Position numbers and translations under genes: made by a program
The notes under the pieces: model-generated
Seen by the model: only the letters and a program-made list of their open reading frames with translations
What the model was told of the DNA's origin: nothing
Databases searched by the model: none
Assembly (NCBI GenBank): GCA_002269645.1
Contig: NIVC01004445.1
Span: 1-45,707, forward strand
Source: Macrostomum lignano
Taxonomy: Eukaryota
Reading direction: 5' to 3'
DNA: 45,707 nt
Shown here: one piece after another, positions 18,133 to 28,893 of the stretch
Numbering within the stretch: the first letter of the stretch is position 1
Layout: each line of letters starts with the position of its first letter

Positions 18133-20064
18133 GTCATGTGCCCCGCAAGATTATTCAACGTCTCGCAAATCCCACAGCTCTTCAAGAAGCATTCAACTTT
18201 TTTGACATCGACCAAGACGGCCGAATCACTAGCGGCGAGCTGCAGAAGGTGCTGAAATTCCTTGGCTTCAAAACTAACGAGGACGAGGTGAAACTGATGA
18301 TCGCCGATGTTGATATTGACGGTGAGGCATTCAGTTTAGCTGGCTAGATCCATTCTATTTTAGTTTACCTCTGATTGGCTAGATTAGCAATCCATTCTAT
18401 TCCAATTGATCTGTGATTGGCTAGATTAGCAATCCATTCTAATTTAGTTTACCTCTGATTGGCTAGATTAGCAATCCATTCTAATCCAATTGATTTGTGA
18501 TTGGCTAGATTAGCAATCCATTCTATTCCAATTGATTTGTGATTGGCTAGCTTAGCAATCCATTCTATTCCAATTGATTTGTGATTGGCTAGATTAGCAA
18601 TCCATTCTATTCCAATTGATTTGTGATTGGCTAGATTAGCAATCCATTCTATTCCAATTGATTTGTGATTGGCTAGATTAGCAATCCATTCTATTCCAAT
18701 TGATTTGTGATTGGCTAGATTAGCAATCCATTCTATTCCAATTGATTTGTGATTGGCTAGATTAGCAATCCATTCTATTCCAATTGATTTGTGATTGGCT
18801 AGATTAGCAATCCATTCTATTCCAATTGATTTGTGATTGGCTAGATTAGCAATCAATTCTATTCCAATTGATTTGTGATTGGCTAGATTAGCAATCCATT
18901 CTATTCCAATTGATTTGTGATTGGCTAGATTAGCAATCCATTCTATTCCAATTGATCTGTGATTGGCTAGATTAGCAATCCATTCTATTCCAATTGATTT
19001 GTGATTGGCTAGATTAGCAATCCATTCTATTCCAATTGATTTGTGATTGGCTAGATTAGCAATCCATTCTATTCCAATTGACCCGTGATTGGCTAGATTA
19101 GCAATCCATTCTATTCCATTTGACCCGTGATTGGCTAGATTAGCAATCCACTTATAAACCCCCGCAGGCAACGGCACAGTAGAATTCAACGAGTTCCTCA
19201 AAATGATGAAGAAGTATTACAAGCAGAGTTCGGACGAGCACTCTGAGGACGCCGATATGTGGGAGGCATTTAAGGTTTGTAAAAATTAATTTGTAAGTCA
19301 ATTTAATATTTAAATAATCAGAATGAAAGAATGCAATGATCAAAACAAATAATTATATTATCTGACAGGCTTTCGATCACAATGGCGACAATTTTATCGA
19401 CTTCGCCGAGATTAAGAAGACGATGCACTTCTTAGGCGAAGAGGTCACAGACGAGGACGTCCGGTCGATGATACGAGAGGCGGATGTAGACAATGACGGC
19501 CGAATCAACTTTGAAGGTAATTTTTTCACAAATATGCTTTTTTCACACTACTTATGTCAGTAGAAAGCTAAGAAGCGAAAAACCTTAAACCAAAGGAAAA
19601 ATTTTTAAACAATAATTAAGTAACCAATTTTCTCTAACCAATCCGATATGTTGCGAAAGATACATTTGATCAATATCTCCTTTTAAGCCATTTTTACACT
19701 ACTCATGTCAGTAGGAATATAAGAAAGGACAACTTTTCTCGAACCAAAGGATTAATTTTTTTGACTCTAATTTTCTTAATAAGCCGATGTGTTGTGAAAA
19801 AACTTTGATTCAATTCATAAAAGCATTTGGTAAATATCTCCTTATTTGCCCTTTTTAACACTACTCATGTCAGTAGAAATATAGGAAACAATAAACTTTA
19901 ATCGAATGATAATTTAAAATTTTATTAACAATTTAGTTATCAATGTTTCAAATCATCTACTTTTGTCAGTAGAAATATACGAATAATAAAATATGTTTTG
20001 CTCGCCCGCAGAGTTCAAGAAAATGATGGCCGTCATGCAGCAGAAGGCCAGCAGCCAATCGTAG
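18133..20064 (+). CDS. Calmodulin-like protein, four canonical EF-hands (core exons)
   Basis: Exons 18133-18321, 19168-19274, 19369-19516 and 20012-20064 (TAG), all GT-AG and in frame: [164 protein letters not shown]. Too divergent to be canonical calmodulin, so no symbol is given. Confidence 0.95.
18341..19150. repeat. 42-bp minisatellite (TTGGCTAGATTAGCAATCCATTCTATTCCAATTGATTTGTGA)n filling a calmodulin-like intron
   Basis: About 19 units occupying nearly all of intron 18322-19167; explains ORF 18449-19201. Confidence 0.97.
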
Positions 20065-20561
20065 TGAGCCGCCGTCATCTCAGACAATCCTTCTTCTTAA
20101 ACGGCAGTGTTTTTTCTTCTTTATTCTTCATTCCTCTCTTTCTTTTTGCCCTTTTTAGACTTTAGAAGAACTGTTTCGTATGAATTATGTTTCTCCTACA
20201 AGACTATTATTGTACTGAGGCCTTTTGTGGATTGCTGAATTCTTGATGACTTGCTTAAATGTTTTCCTCTGGTTTTTCGATCTATTTCTATATATATAAT
20301 TAATATATCATAATGCCTGCTGTTAAAAAAAATTGATTTCCTATTGATTCTGTGCACTTTCCTTCGGTAAATATTTGTCAAATATGACTGCAGATTTAAT
20401 TTATATATTCAACGATTGATTTGTACACACTGATTATTCGCGCCTGCTGTAATTTTATTTTATTCTAGTCTCATTGGCATTACTGTTTGCTCACCTGGCT
20501 GGGCAGAGTGCTGGCTCTGCTTTATTTACCTGCGCTGGGATCGTGATGTTGCTTGACGGAC

Positions 20562-20565
20562 AGAT

Positions 20566-20612
<47 letters not shown>

Positions 20613-20623
20613 GGCAGGCAGGC

Positions 20624-20664
<41 letters not shown>

Positions 20665-20675
20665 GGCAGGCAGGC

Positions 20676-20708
<33 letters not shown>

Positions 20709-20715
20709 GGCAGGC

Positions 20716-20763
<48 letters not shown>

Positions 20764-20851
20764 TGACAGGCAGACAGACAGACAGACAGGCAGGCAGGCA
20801 GACAGACAGACAGACAGACAGACAGACAGGCAGGCAGGCAGGCAGGCAGGC

Positions 20852-20887
<36 letters not shown>

Positions 20888-21836
20888 TGACTGACTGACT
20901 GACTGACTGACTGACTGACTGACTTGAGTGAGTGGGTGACTGACTGACTGACTGACTGACTTGAGTGAGTGGGTGACTGACTGACTGACTGACTGACTGA
21001 CTGACTTGAGTGAGTGGGTGACTGACTGACTGACTGACTTGAGTGAGTGGGTGACTGACTGACTGACTGACTGACTGACTGACTTGAGTGAGTGGGTGAC
21101 TGACTGACTGACTGACTGACTTGAGTGAGTGGGTGACTGACTGACTGACTGACTGACTGACTGACTTGAGTGAGTGGGTGACTGACTGACTGACTGACTG
21201 ACTTGAGTGAGTGGGTGACTGACTGACTGACTGACTGACTTGAGTGAGTGGGTGACTGACTGACTGACTGACTGACTTGAGTGAGTGGGTGACTGACTGA
21301 CTGACTGACTGACTTGAGTGAGTGGGTGACTGACTGACTGACTGACTGACTGACTGACTTGAGTGAGTGGGTGACTGACTGACTGACTGACTGACTTGAG
21401 TGAGTGGGTGACTGACTGACTGACTGACTGACTGACTTGAGTGAGTGGGTGACTGACTGACTGACTGACTGACTTGAGTGAGTGAGTGGGTGACTGACTG
21501 ACTGACTGACTGACTTGAGTGAGTGGGTGACTGACTGACTGACTGACTGACTTGAGTGAGTGGGTGACTGACTGACTGACTGACTTGAGTGAGTGGGTGA
21601 CTGACTGACTGACTGACTTGAGTGAGTGGGTGACTGACTGACTGACTGACTTGAGTGAGTGGGTGACTGACTGACTGACTGACTTGAGTGGGTGACTGAC
21701 TGACTGACTGACTTATGTGAGTGGGTGACTGACTGACTGACTGACTGACTTGAGTGAGTGGGTGACTGACTGACTGACTGACTGACTGACTGACTTATGT
21801 GAGTGGGTGACTGACTGACTGACTGACAGACAGACA
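20562..21836. repeat. Compound microsatellite: (CAGA/CAGG)n switching to (CTGA)n interspersed with TGAGTGAGTGGG
   Basis: Direct inspection; the switch is at about 20885. Confidence 0.95.
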
Positions 21837-22842
21837 ACTATTTTGATACCTAAGAAACTACTATGAAAGGGCAACATTCATAAATTGGTTTTATTAGCAA
21901 ACAAGGTAAAGGGTATTTCGCATAACACAAAATATTGCAGCACTGATTATTGCAATAGCAGTTCTTGCATACTAGCAATCATTTATCAGATTGATCTAAT
22001 TGAACTCTTTTGGTATCTAGTCTGTGTAAATTCACTTGAGAAGTCACACAATATTTCTATAAAATGCATCTATTTTGAATTATCATCATTAATAAGCACG
22101 GGTGCAATTGTTCAAAACAGTCACAATCTTTACCTAATTAGCAATTTCTTTTGCACTTATAAGTCTGTGTTTTTTCTTTCAAAATCTCAGCTTTGATTTA
22201 CAAATTTGTGTCAGCGCTAAGAGGAGTGAACACTTTATTTTCCTTGTTTCAATAACTTTTACTTGTTTTTTTGTTTATCTTCATAAATATTTCCTTTGTC
22301 CCGTAACTGATATTGCTGCTAATTAGTGCATTATTGATTCAATTTATTAATATTATAATTAGTTCCAACCACAGTTGTCATGACAATAGATGCGATTAAA
22401 ATATGTTATATTTTATTATTGACAATAATACAATTAGTAAAATTGCATATAAAAATAGTTGGTCATTAGTTTTTTGAATAAATATTGACGCATAAAAATG
22501 ACTGGAATTTATTTTTTTATTAATGGAGAATTGAAGGCGATACAGTCAGAGTACTTTTAGTTGTTGCTGGGGGGGCAGGTGGTAAACATGGGGCGTCTCC
22601 TGCGCATTCGCCTGGCGACCGCGCCCTAAAAAGTACTTTTGGATTTTGTAGGATGTGTTTTTTCGCCAAATTGTCGGACAAAATCAACTGGGAAATGTTT
22701 TTTTAAGGACAAGAATCGATAAAATTTTGACGATGGGTTCAACGCGTAAATTATCCGTCTAAACTGAGTGACAATTGTCATGTTTATGATTAGAAAAATG
22801 ATTGTATATATCCAAAAAGTACGCACATTTTATCGTGGTTAC

Positions 22843-23330
22843 ATTAGCAATCCACTCTATCCAATTAGGCTATAGATTAGCAATCCACTCTATCCAATTA
22901 GGCTATAGATTAGCAATCCACTCTATATTCAATTAGGCTATAGATTAGCAATCCACTCTATATTCAATTAGGCTATAGATTAGCAATCCACTCTATCCAA
23001 TTAGGCTATAGATTAGCAAACCACTCTATATTCAATTAGGCTATAGATTAGCAAACCACTCTATATTCAATTAGGCTATAGATTAGCAAACCACTCTATA
23101 TTCAATTAGGCTATAGATTAGCAAACCACTCTATATTCAATTAGGCTATAGATTAGCAAACCACTCTATATTCAATTAGGCTATAGATTAGCAAACCACT
23201 CTATATTCAATTAGGCTATAGATTAGCAATCCACTCTATGTTCAAGTAGGCTATAGATTAGCAATCCACTCTATGTTCAAGTAGGCTATAGATTAGCAAT
23301 CCACTCTATCTAATTAGGCTATGGATTAGA
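22843..23330. repeat. 33-35-bp minisatellite (GATTAGCAATCCACTCTATATTCAATTAGGCTATA)n, related to the 42-bp family
   Basis: About 14 units; shares GATTAGCAATCCA(C/T)TCTAT with the 42-bp unit. Confidence 0.93.
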
Positions 23331-23496
23331 TTGCTAACTACATTGGTTAGTAATTATTATGATATTATTATTATTAGTACTAGTAGTAGTAGTACAACAT
23401 AACTCACGCGGTAATCTTAAAGATCAAGTCTAGAGTCGAGCATGAATGGCAAACGAGTTTCCGCTCGACCCAGAACTCAGTCCAGTACCGGTTTCA

Positions 23497-25771
23497 TCAC
23501 ACTCCGCCGCCTTCCTCAGCCAGAATCTGGGCCTCTTTGTCGCCGTTCTTCGCGGCCGCTTCGATGCCACTGGAGCGAAGGCAGCCGCAGACAACAGGTA
23601 GCCAGGCAATTGGCAGAGTCAGCAGCAGCGCTGCCAGGAAGGCGATGGCACGGAACACTGAAATGTGTGCGCAGTGCGGCAATGTCATCGCTAATCTAGC
23701 CAATCACAGATCAATTGGAATAGAATGGATTGCTAATCTAGCCAATCACGGATTATTTGGAATAGAATGGATTGCTAATCTAGCCAATCACTGATCAATT
23801 GGAATAGAATAGATTGCTAATCTAGACAATCACAGATTAACTGGAATAGAATGGATTGCTAATCTAGCCAATCACAGATCAATTGGAATAGAATGGATTG
23901 CTAATCTAGCCAATCACGGATTATTTGGAATAGAATGGATTGCTAATCTAGCCAATGGCGGGCTATGTCATTGGATTGCTAGTCTCACCCAGCAGTAGCC
24001 CGCGCACCATGCGCCGTCCGGCGGGGCACCCTGGCCAGAGGTTTTTCTCGCAGCCGAACACGCTGAACCGGCCAGCGTGGGTGCCCAGAGTCCAGTCCGT
24101 CAGCTTCGAGTAGAGGCAGCAGGCTCCACTGCCGCAGCTTCCTCGAAGATCAACTCCGCAGTCTCCGCAGACTTCGATTCCGCAGTTGCGGCAATGCAGC
24201 TGGTTTTGAACGCCCTCGTGGCTTGTCGGGCCTTGGCAGCTCGGACACCTTGGCTGTCCGTCTGCCGTCTGCTGCTGCTCCTCTTCTTCTGGAATCGCCT
24301 CGGCAGCAGCAGCAGCAGCCTCCGCCTCGTCAGGGACAACTGCTGGCGTCTGTTTGATGTTCTTTGATGTTCGCCGCCAGCTAGTTCGATTTGGCGGCTT
24401 CGTGGCAGCTGGCTTGTCGTTGTCTTTGACTCCCTGTTCGACCTCTTTGGTGTCGCCGCCGCTGCCTGTTGAGCTGCCCGTTGAACGCATCCGGGTTTTT
24501 CGCCAGGAGGTGCGCTTTGATTGGGACTTGTCCGCCGCCTTCTCATTAGGATTCTCATCTGCCGCCGCCTTCTCATCGGAATTCTCATCCGCAGTTGTCC
24601 TCTCATCGGGATTCTCATCTGCAGTTGTCTTCTCATCGGGATTCTCATCTGCCGCCATCTTCTCATCGAGATTCTCATCCGCAGTTGTCTTCTCATCGAG
24701 ATTCTCATCCGCAGTTGTCGACTCATCGGGATTCTCATCCGCAGTTGTCTTCTCATCGGGATTCTCATCCGCCGCCGCCGCCGTCTTCTCATCGAGATTC
24801 TCATCCGCAGCTGTCGTCTCATCGAGATTCTCATCCGCAGTTGTCGTCTCATCGGGATTCTCATCCGCAGTTGTCTTCTCATCGGGATTCTCATCCGCAT
24901 TTGCCTTCTCATCGGGATTCTCATCCGCAGTTGTCTTCTCATCGGGATTCTCATCCGCCGCCGTCTTCTCATCGAGATTCTCATCTGCAGTTGTCTTCTC
25001 ATCGGTCTTCTCACCGGAATTCTCATTCTCAATTTTCTCGTCTTGATTATTATCTGTTTTCTCACCATTAGTCTTCTCATCCGTCTTCTCATCTTCAGCT
25101 TCTTCAGCGATGTACATCGACATTGATTGGTCTTCGATAGCAGCTGCAGCTCCAGACTCAGACGTCTGTTCTCGAGCTCTTTTCGAAGCTCGCCTCCAAC
25201 CGGCTTTCATGGCAGCCTTTTTGTCCCCGCCCTGCTGCTGCTGCTCCTCTTTTGACTCATCCGCTTTTGCCGACGTCGGTTGATTGCGCGCTTTCTTTGA
25301 TGCGCGGCGCCAATTCGACTTAGCGCCAGGCGGCCCCGGTGGCGCCGGCTCCTCAGAGTCGATCTCCTCAGCCACGGCGTCGGATCTCAGTGAGTTGGTC
25401 GACGTCGCGCTGATCCGCTTTGAAGCTCGACGCGAACCAGCTCGACCAGCGCTGGCCTTCTCATCCGCCTTCTCAGTAGTCTTGTCTGCCGAAGAGTTTG
25501 CTGACATCGAAGTTAAATCTCGAACTTTTTTGGAGGTTCTTCGCCAATGTATCTTGGATTCCGACTTGTCATCGGCGGAACTATTAGTGACTCCGCCTAC
25601 CACGGATTCTACCAGATCTTCAGCCTCCTTTGTTATACTGACGTCTTCCATTTGTTTATCTACGGCGGCAGATTCGAGCGTCTTTGTCTCAGTCTTTGTT
25701 GTCGCTTTCTTAGAAGCCCGTCGCCACTGGGACTTGGCCGACGGTGTCTCGGGTTGGGCTGCTGTCGACAT
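23497..25771 (-). CDS. RNF217-like C-terminus (degenerate RING2/Rcat zinc finger + TM) fused to a long low-complexity N-terminus; predicted 658 aa
   Basis: Exon 1 is 25771-23989 (donor GTGAGA, phase 1); exon 2 is 23690-23497 (acceptor TTAG, TGA); total 1977 nt, in frame. Contains CPSCQGPTSHEGVQNQLHCRNCGIEVCGDC, then GTHAGRFSVFGCEKNLWPGCPAGRRMVRG, then hydrophobic VFRAIAFLAALLLTLPIAWLPVVCGC. This matches my recollection of the RNF217 C-terminus (CPKC...[10 protein letters not shown]...FCYRC...GDHTSNLSIFGC...RRLVRG + TM). The start codon is uncertain. Confidence 0.75.
23691..23981. repeat. 42-bp minisatellite family (inverted relative to the 18.3-19.2 kb copy) filling the intron of the RNF217-like gene
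   Basis: About 6 units of CTAATCTAGCCAATCACAGATCAATTGGAATAGAATGGATTG. Confidence 0.95.
24535..24995 (-). repeat. Coding 30-bp repeat encoding 15 copies of ADEN[P/L]DEKTT
   Basis: Counted in the 622-aa ORF; the frame is preserved throughout, including a 6-bp length variant. Confidence 0.9.
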
Positions 25772-25858
25772 TGATTGAGAGACAGAGACAGAGAGAGATA
25801 ATAGGATTCTGAGCTCGGGTCTCGCTGTCACGCAACAAGCACGCAGACGTCTCGGAGA

Positions 25859-25978
25859 CTCCGCCCAGTTTTTAAGGCCAGATCAGGCCTGGAAGCCACT
25901 CCCTTGGGCATTGTATGGTCACAATTTGAGACTTTTAGCTGCCTTTGACATTCGATTTGCTGTGCCCCAGACCATTGG
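25859..25978 (-). promoter_or_regulatory. Candidate promoter of the RNF217-like gene (CCAAT box and GC box)
   Basis: Minus-strand AGCCAAT at about 25974-25980 and GGGCGGAG at 25859-25866, 90-200 bp upstream of the ATG at 25771. Motif match only. Confidence 0.3.
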
Positions 25979-26104
25979 CTGGGATTTATTATGAAAAAAA
26001 CGGATAAAAAATAATGATGGAATTTCAACTGGTTTATTTCGTGTGCAGTTGACATGGTTGTCTGATTTCGAATTTGGGATTTTTGCTGCCTGGATTTTTG
26101 GGGT

Positions 26105-26520
26105 GAGATTAGTGAGAGTGACATCAATGAGGAGGGACATTCGTGAGAGTGATATTAGTGAAAGTGACATTAGGTAGAGTGACAATAGTGAGAGTGACAT
26201 TAGTGAGAGTGATGTTAGGTAAAGTGACATTAGTGAAAGTGACAATAGGTAGAATGACATCAATGAGAGTGACATCAATGAGAGTGACATCAATGAGAGT
26301 GACATTAGTGAAAGTGACAATAGGTAGAATGACATCAATGAGAGTGACATCAATGAGAGTGACATCAATGAGAGTGACATTAGTGAGAGTGACAATAGGT
26401 AGAGTGACATCAGTGAGAGTGACATCAATGAGAGTGACATTAGTGAGAGTGACAATAGTGAGAGTGACATTAGTGAGAGTGATATTAGTGGTACTGACAT
26501 TAGTGGGAGTGACATTAGTG
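26105..26520. repeat. 15-bp minisatellite (GAGAGTGACATTAGT / GAGAGTGACATCAAT)n
   Basis: Direct inspection. Confidence 0.92.
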
Positions 26521-26878
26521 GAAGCAGGGAGCCTTTAATGGCCTTCGCCCCTGAGGACAGATGAGTTCGTCTTTCCTTTCCGCACATGCACGGGAGTGAA
26601 ACTGGCCAGATTCATGCTTCTTCTCAGTCTAACTGGGCGTTGTCAAAAAGACATTTCCATTTCCTTTTTTGGGTCTGCAGGTGGACTTGCAGCAAAAGCA
26701 CTTCCACGCCCTGATCCGTGACGACTGGGCAGGGCAAGGCGGAATGCTAAGGTGTAGGTCAGAAAAATATAGTCAATAATAGTATTTATGTAACTAAGGA
26801 CACTAAGGAATACTTGTTCTGTACGCGTAATGTTTATATTTGCTTGCTATATTAATTTCTACTAATTAGTAAAAATTT

Positions 26879-26941
26879 TTGCTAATCTAGCCAAGCAACG
26901 TAACGATTGGAATAGAATGGATTGCTAATCTAGCCAATCAA
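26879..26941. repeat. Isolated ~1.5-unit copy of the 42-bp minisatellite family
   Basis: GCTAATCTAGCCAA...GATTGGAATAGAATGGATTGCTAATCTAGCCAATCA. Confidence 0.85.
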
Positions 26942-27274
26942 AAAATTGGCATATAGCTATTTATTGAAAAATAAATATCCAGTAAATCCCGGTTTAATTC
27001 GATTTTCTCTCACGGTGTCTTCTCGATTTGCTAAACAGAATAACCAGCTATATGTAGCTGCTGACGCACAATCAAGCGGCTAATTGGGAATAAGTACAGC
27101 GTCCTTCAACTAAATTGGGAGGCTGGAGTGCGAAGCAATTATGTAGTTTTTAAGCTGCGACTTTAGGGCAGTACATTCATCAGAAAATGTAATTATGTAT
27201 ACGGTTTCGTCATAGACAATGGTTAATCTCACTCGTAGCTACGCGACTAGTGAAAAATCAATCAATCATTTTCT

Positions 27275-27680
27275 GCCTCCAATCCATAGACACGATCTAA
27301 CATTCCCTACCTCCAATCCATAGACACGATCTAACATTCTCTACCTCCAATCCATAGACACGATCTAACATTCCCTACCTCCAATCCATAGACACGATCT
27401 AACATTCCCTACCTCCAATCCATAGACACGATCTAACATTCTCTACCTCCAATCCATAGACACGATCTACCATTCTCTACCTCCAATCCATAGACACGAT
27501 CTACCATTCTCTACCTCCAATCCATAGACACGATCTAACATTCTCTACCTCCAATCCATAGACACGATCTAACATTCTCTACCTCCAATCCATAGACACG
27601 ATCTACCATTCTCTATACCTCCGAATCTATAGACACAGTCTACCATGGCCTCCGAAACCAAATAGACACAATCTACCATT
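27275..27680. repeat. 34-bp minisatellite (CTACCTCCAATCCATAGACACGATCTAACATTCT)n
   Basis: About 10 good units plus degenerate ends. Confidence 0.93.
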
Positions 27681-28650
27681 ATGTGCAAGGTTCGGTGATT
27701 GAGTCGGCTTAATGATTATTTATTTTGATTTATTAATATTTAGTTTTATTAACTTTTGCAACTCAATAAATTTTTTGAAATATTCAACCATTTGCTGGCT
27801 AGATATACCCTGAGCCCATAGTCAGCCAACTCCATCGCGTGCTGTAACAACATTTTTGCTAACTTTTTGCCTTCCTCCCATCGCTGCAACTCACTCCCAA
27901 TTTGCAGGCTTGCTTTTTCAATTGATCAATAAAATACTGCACGTTTTAGAAGGTTTCGTGAGGGACTGCCGCGCCTTGTTTAGTTAGTTAGGACGTTTTG
28001 CCCGACTCAACTAAGTTTTTAGTTGAGTCCTTACAGCCTTCAAAAGGCGCTTTGAGTTAAGTCAAAAAAGAAATAATTCTACTGACGAGAAGCTTTTCTG
28101 TGGAAAAGAATAGAATCTTTGTCGCTGTTCGCAATGGAATTGCTAATACCCTACCATAAATGGAGGTAGAGAGGCGTCTACTTGTGCAGTAGGATCTTAG
28201 AGTATTAGGGGGGAACAACTAGAGCATTTATTAGGATACATTGCATACGTGTAGGATGCAATACATGTACAGAAGATAGAAATCTCATTTTTGTGAAGAT
28301 TTAATAGCTAAATCATGATAGAACGCAGCTAGATTAGCTACATCTAAATTAATTAGAGGTTACCGGTACTTAATTTAGAAACAAAGTCGATTGTGACGAT
28401 TAATAACAAAAAAGAACGACTCATAAGCATCCAGCACATGTAGCTTAAGCATGCCACAAATATACGTGCGTTATTGGACTGTCTTTAACTTACTTCTAAG
28501 AAAAATGGGGTGTAGCATCCTTTAACTCTAGTTGTCCATTGCTTATCCGTAAACAAGGCAATGCGAAAATATGGTTTCTAAGATAAGGAAAGGAAAAAGA
28601 AAAAATTGATAAAGATGATACGTACAAAGCTATGCATGATATTGTTGAAT

Positions 28651-28656
28651 TTTATT
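28651..28656 (-). terminator. Candidate polyadenylation signal (AATAAA) of the PAN-FReD gene
   Basis: TTTATT on the + strand, about 240 nt past the stop at 28894. Confidence 0.35.
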
Positions 28657-28893
28657 TTCCGGGATTGCCTATCTTGTATAAGGTTTTTGAATGTTCGTCC
28701 ATGGGACCACGCGTGCATCACACCATAGAACCCCCAGGAGCCCCAAAAAGCCTGCTAAAAATACTACAATTGCCATGGACATTGTGATTGGATCATAAAC
28801 AACTGCACTAGTGCAAGTGGGGCATACCTGCACAATTCAAAATGTCTTGCAACAGGTCATGGTATTAATAGAACTCTTGTTACTACAGGTAGC

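Noticed and set aside
18449-19201. 250-aa [14 protein letters not shown] repeat ORF
   Set aside because: Antisense reading of the intronic 42-bp minisatellite; the same repeat appears elsewhere out of any coding context.
20474-21837. 448-aa SQSV-rich and QTDR-rich ORFs
   Set aside because: Microsatellite translations.
24100-25126. Alternative-frame and antisense ORFs over the acidic repeat (330, 230, 201, 158 aa)
   Set aside because: Shadows of the 30-bp coding repeat; only the 622-aa frame connects to the zinc finger and the spliced TM exon.
26105-26520. Minus-strand frame giving repeated TNVTL N-glycosylation sequons (mucin-like)
   Set aside because: Bounded by stops, no start codon or convincing splice sites, and a related GAGTGACA repeat is intronic at 15.7 kb.
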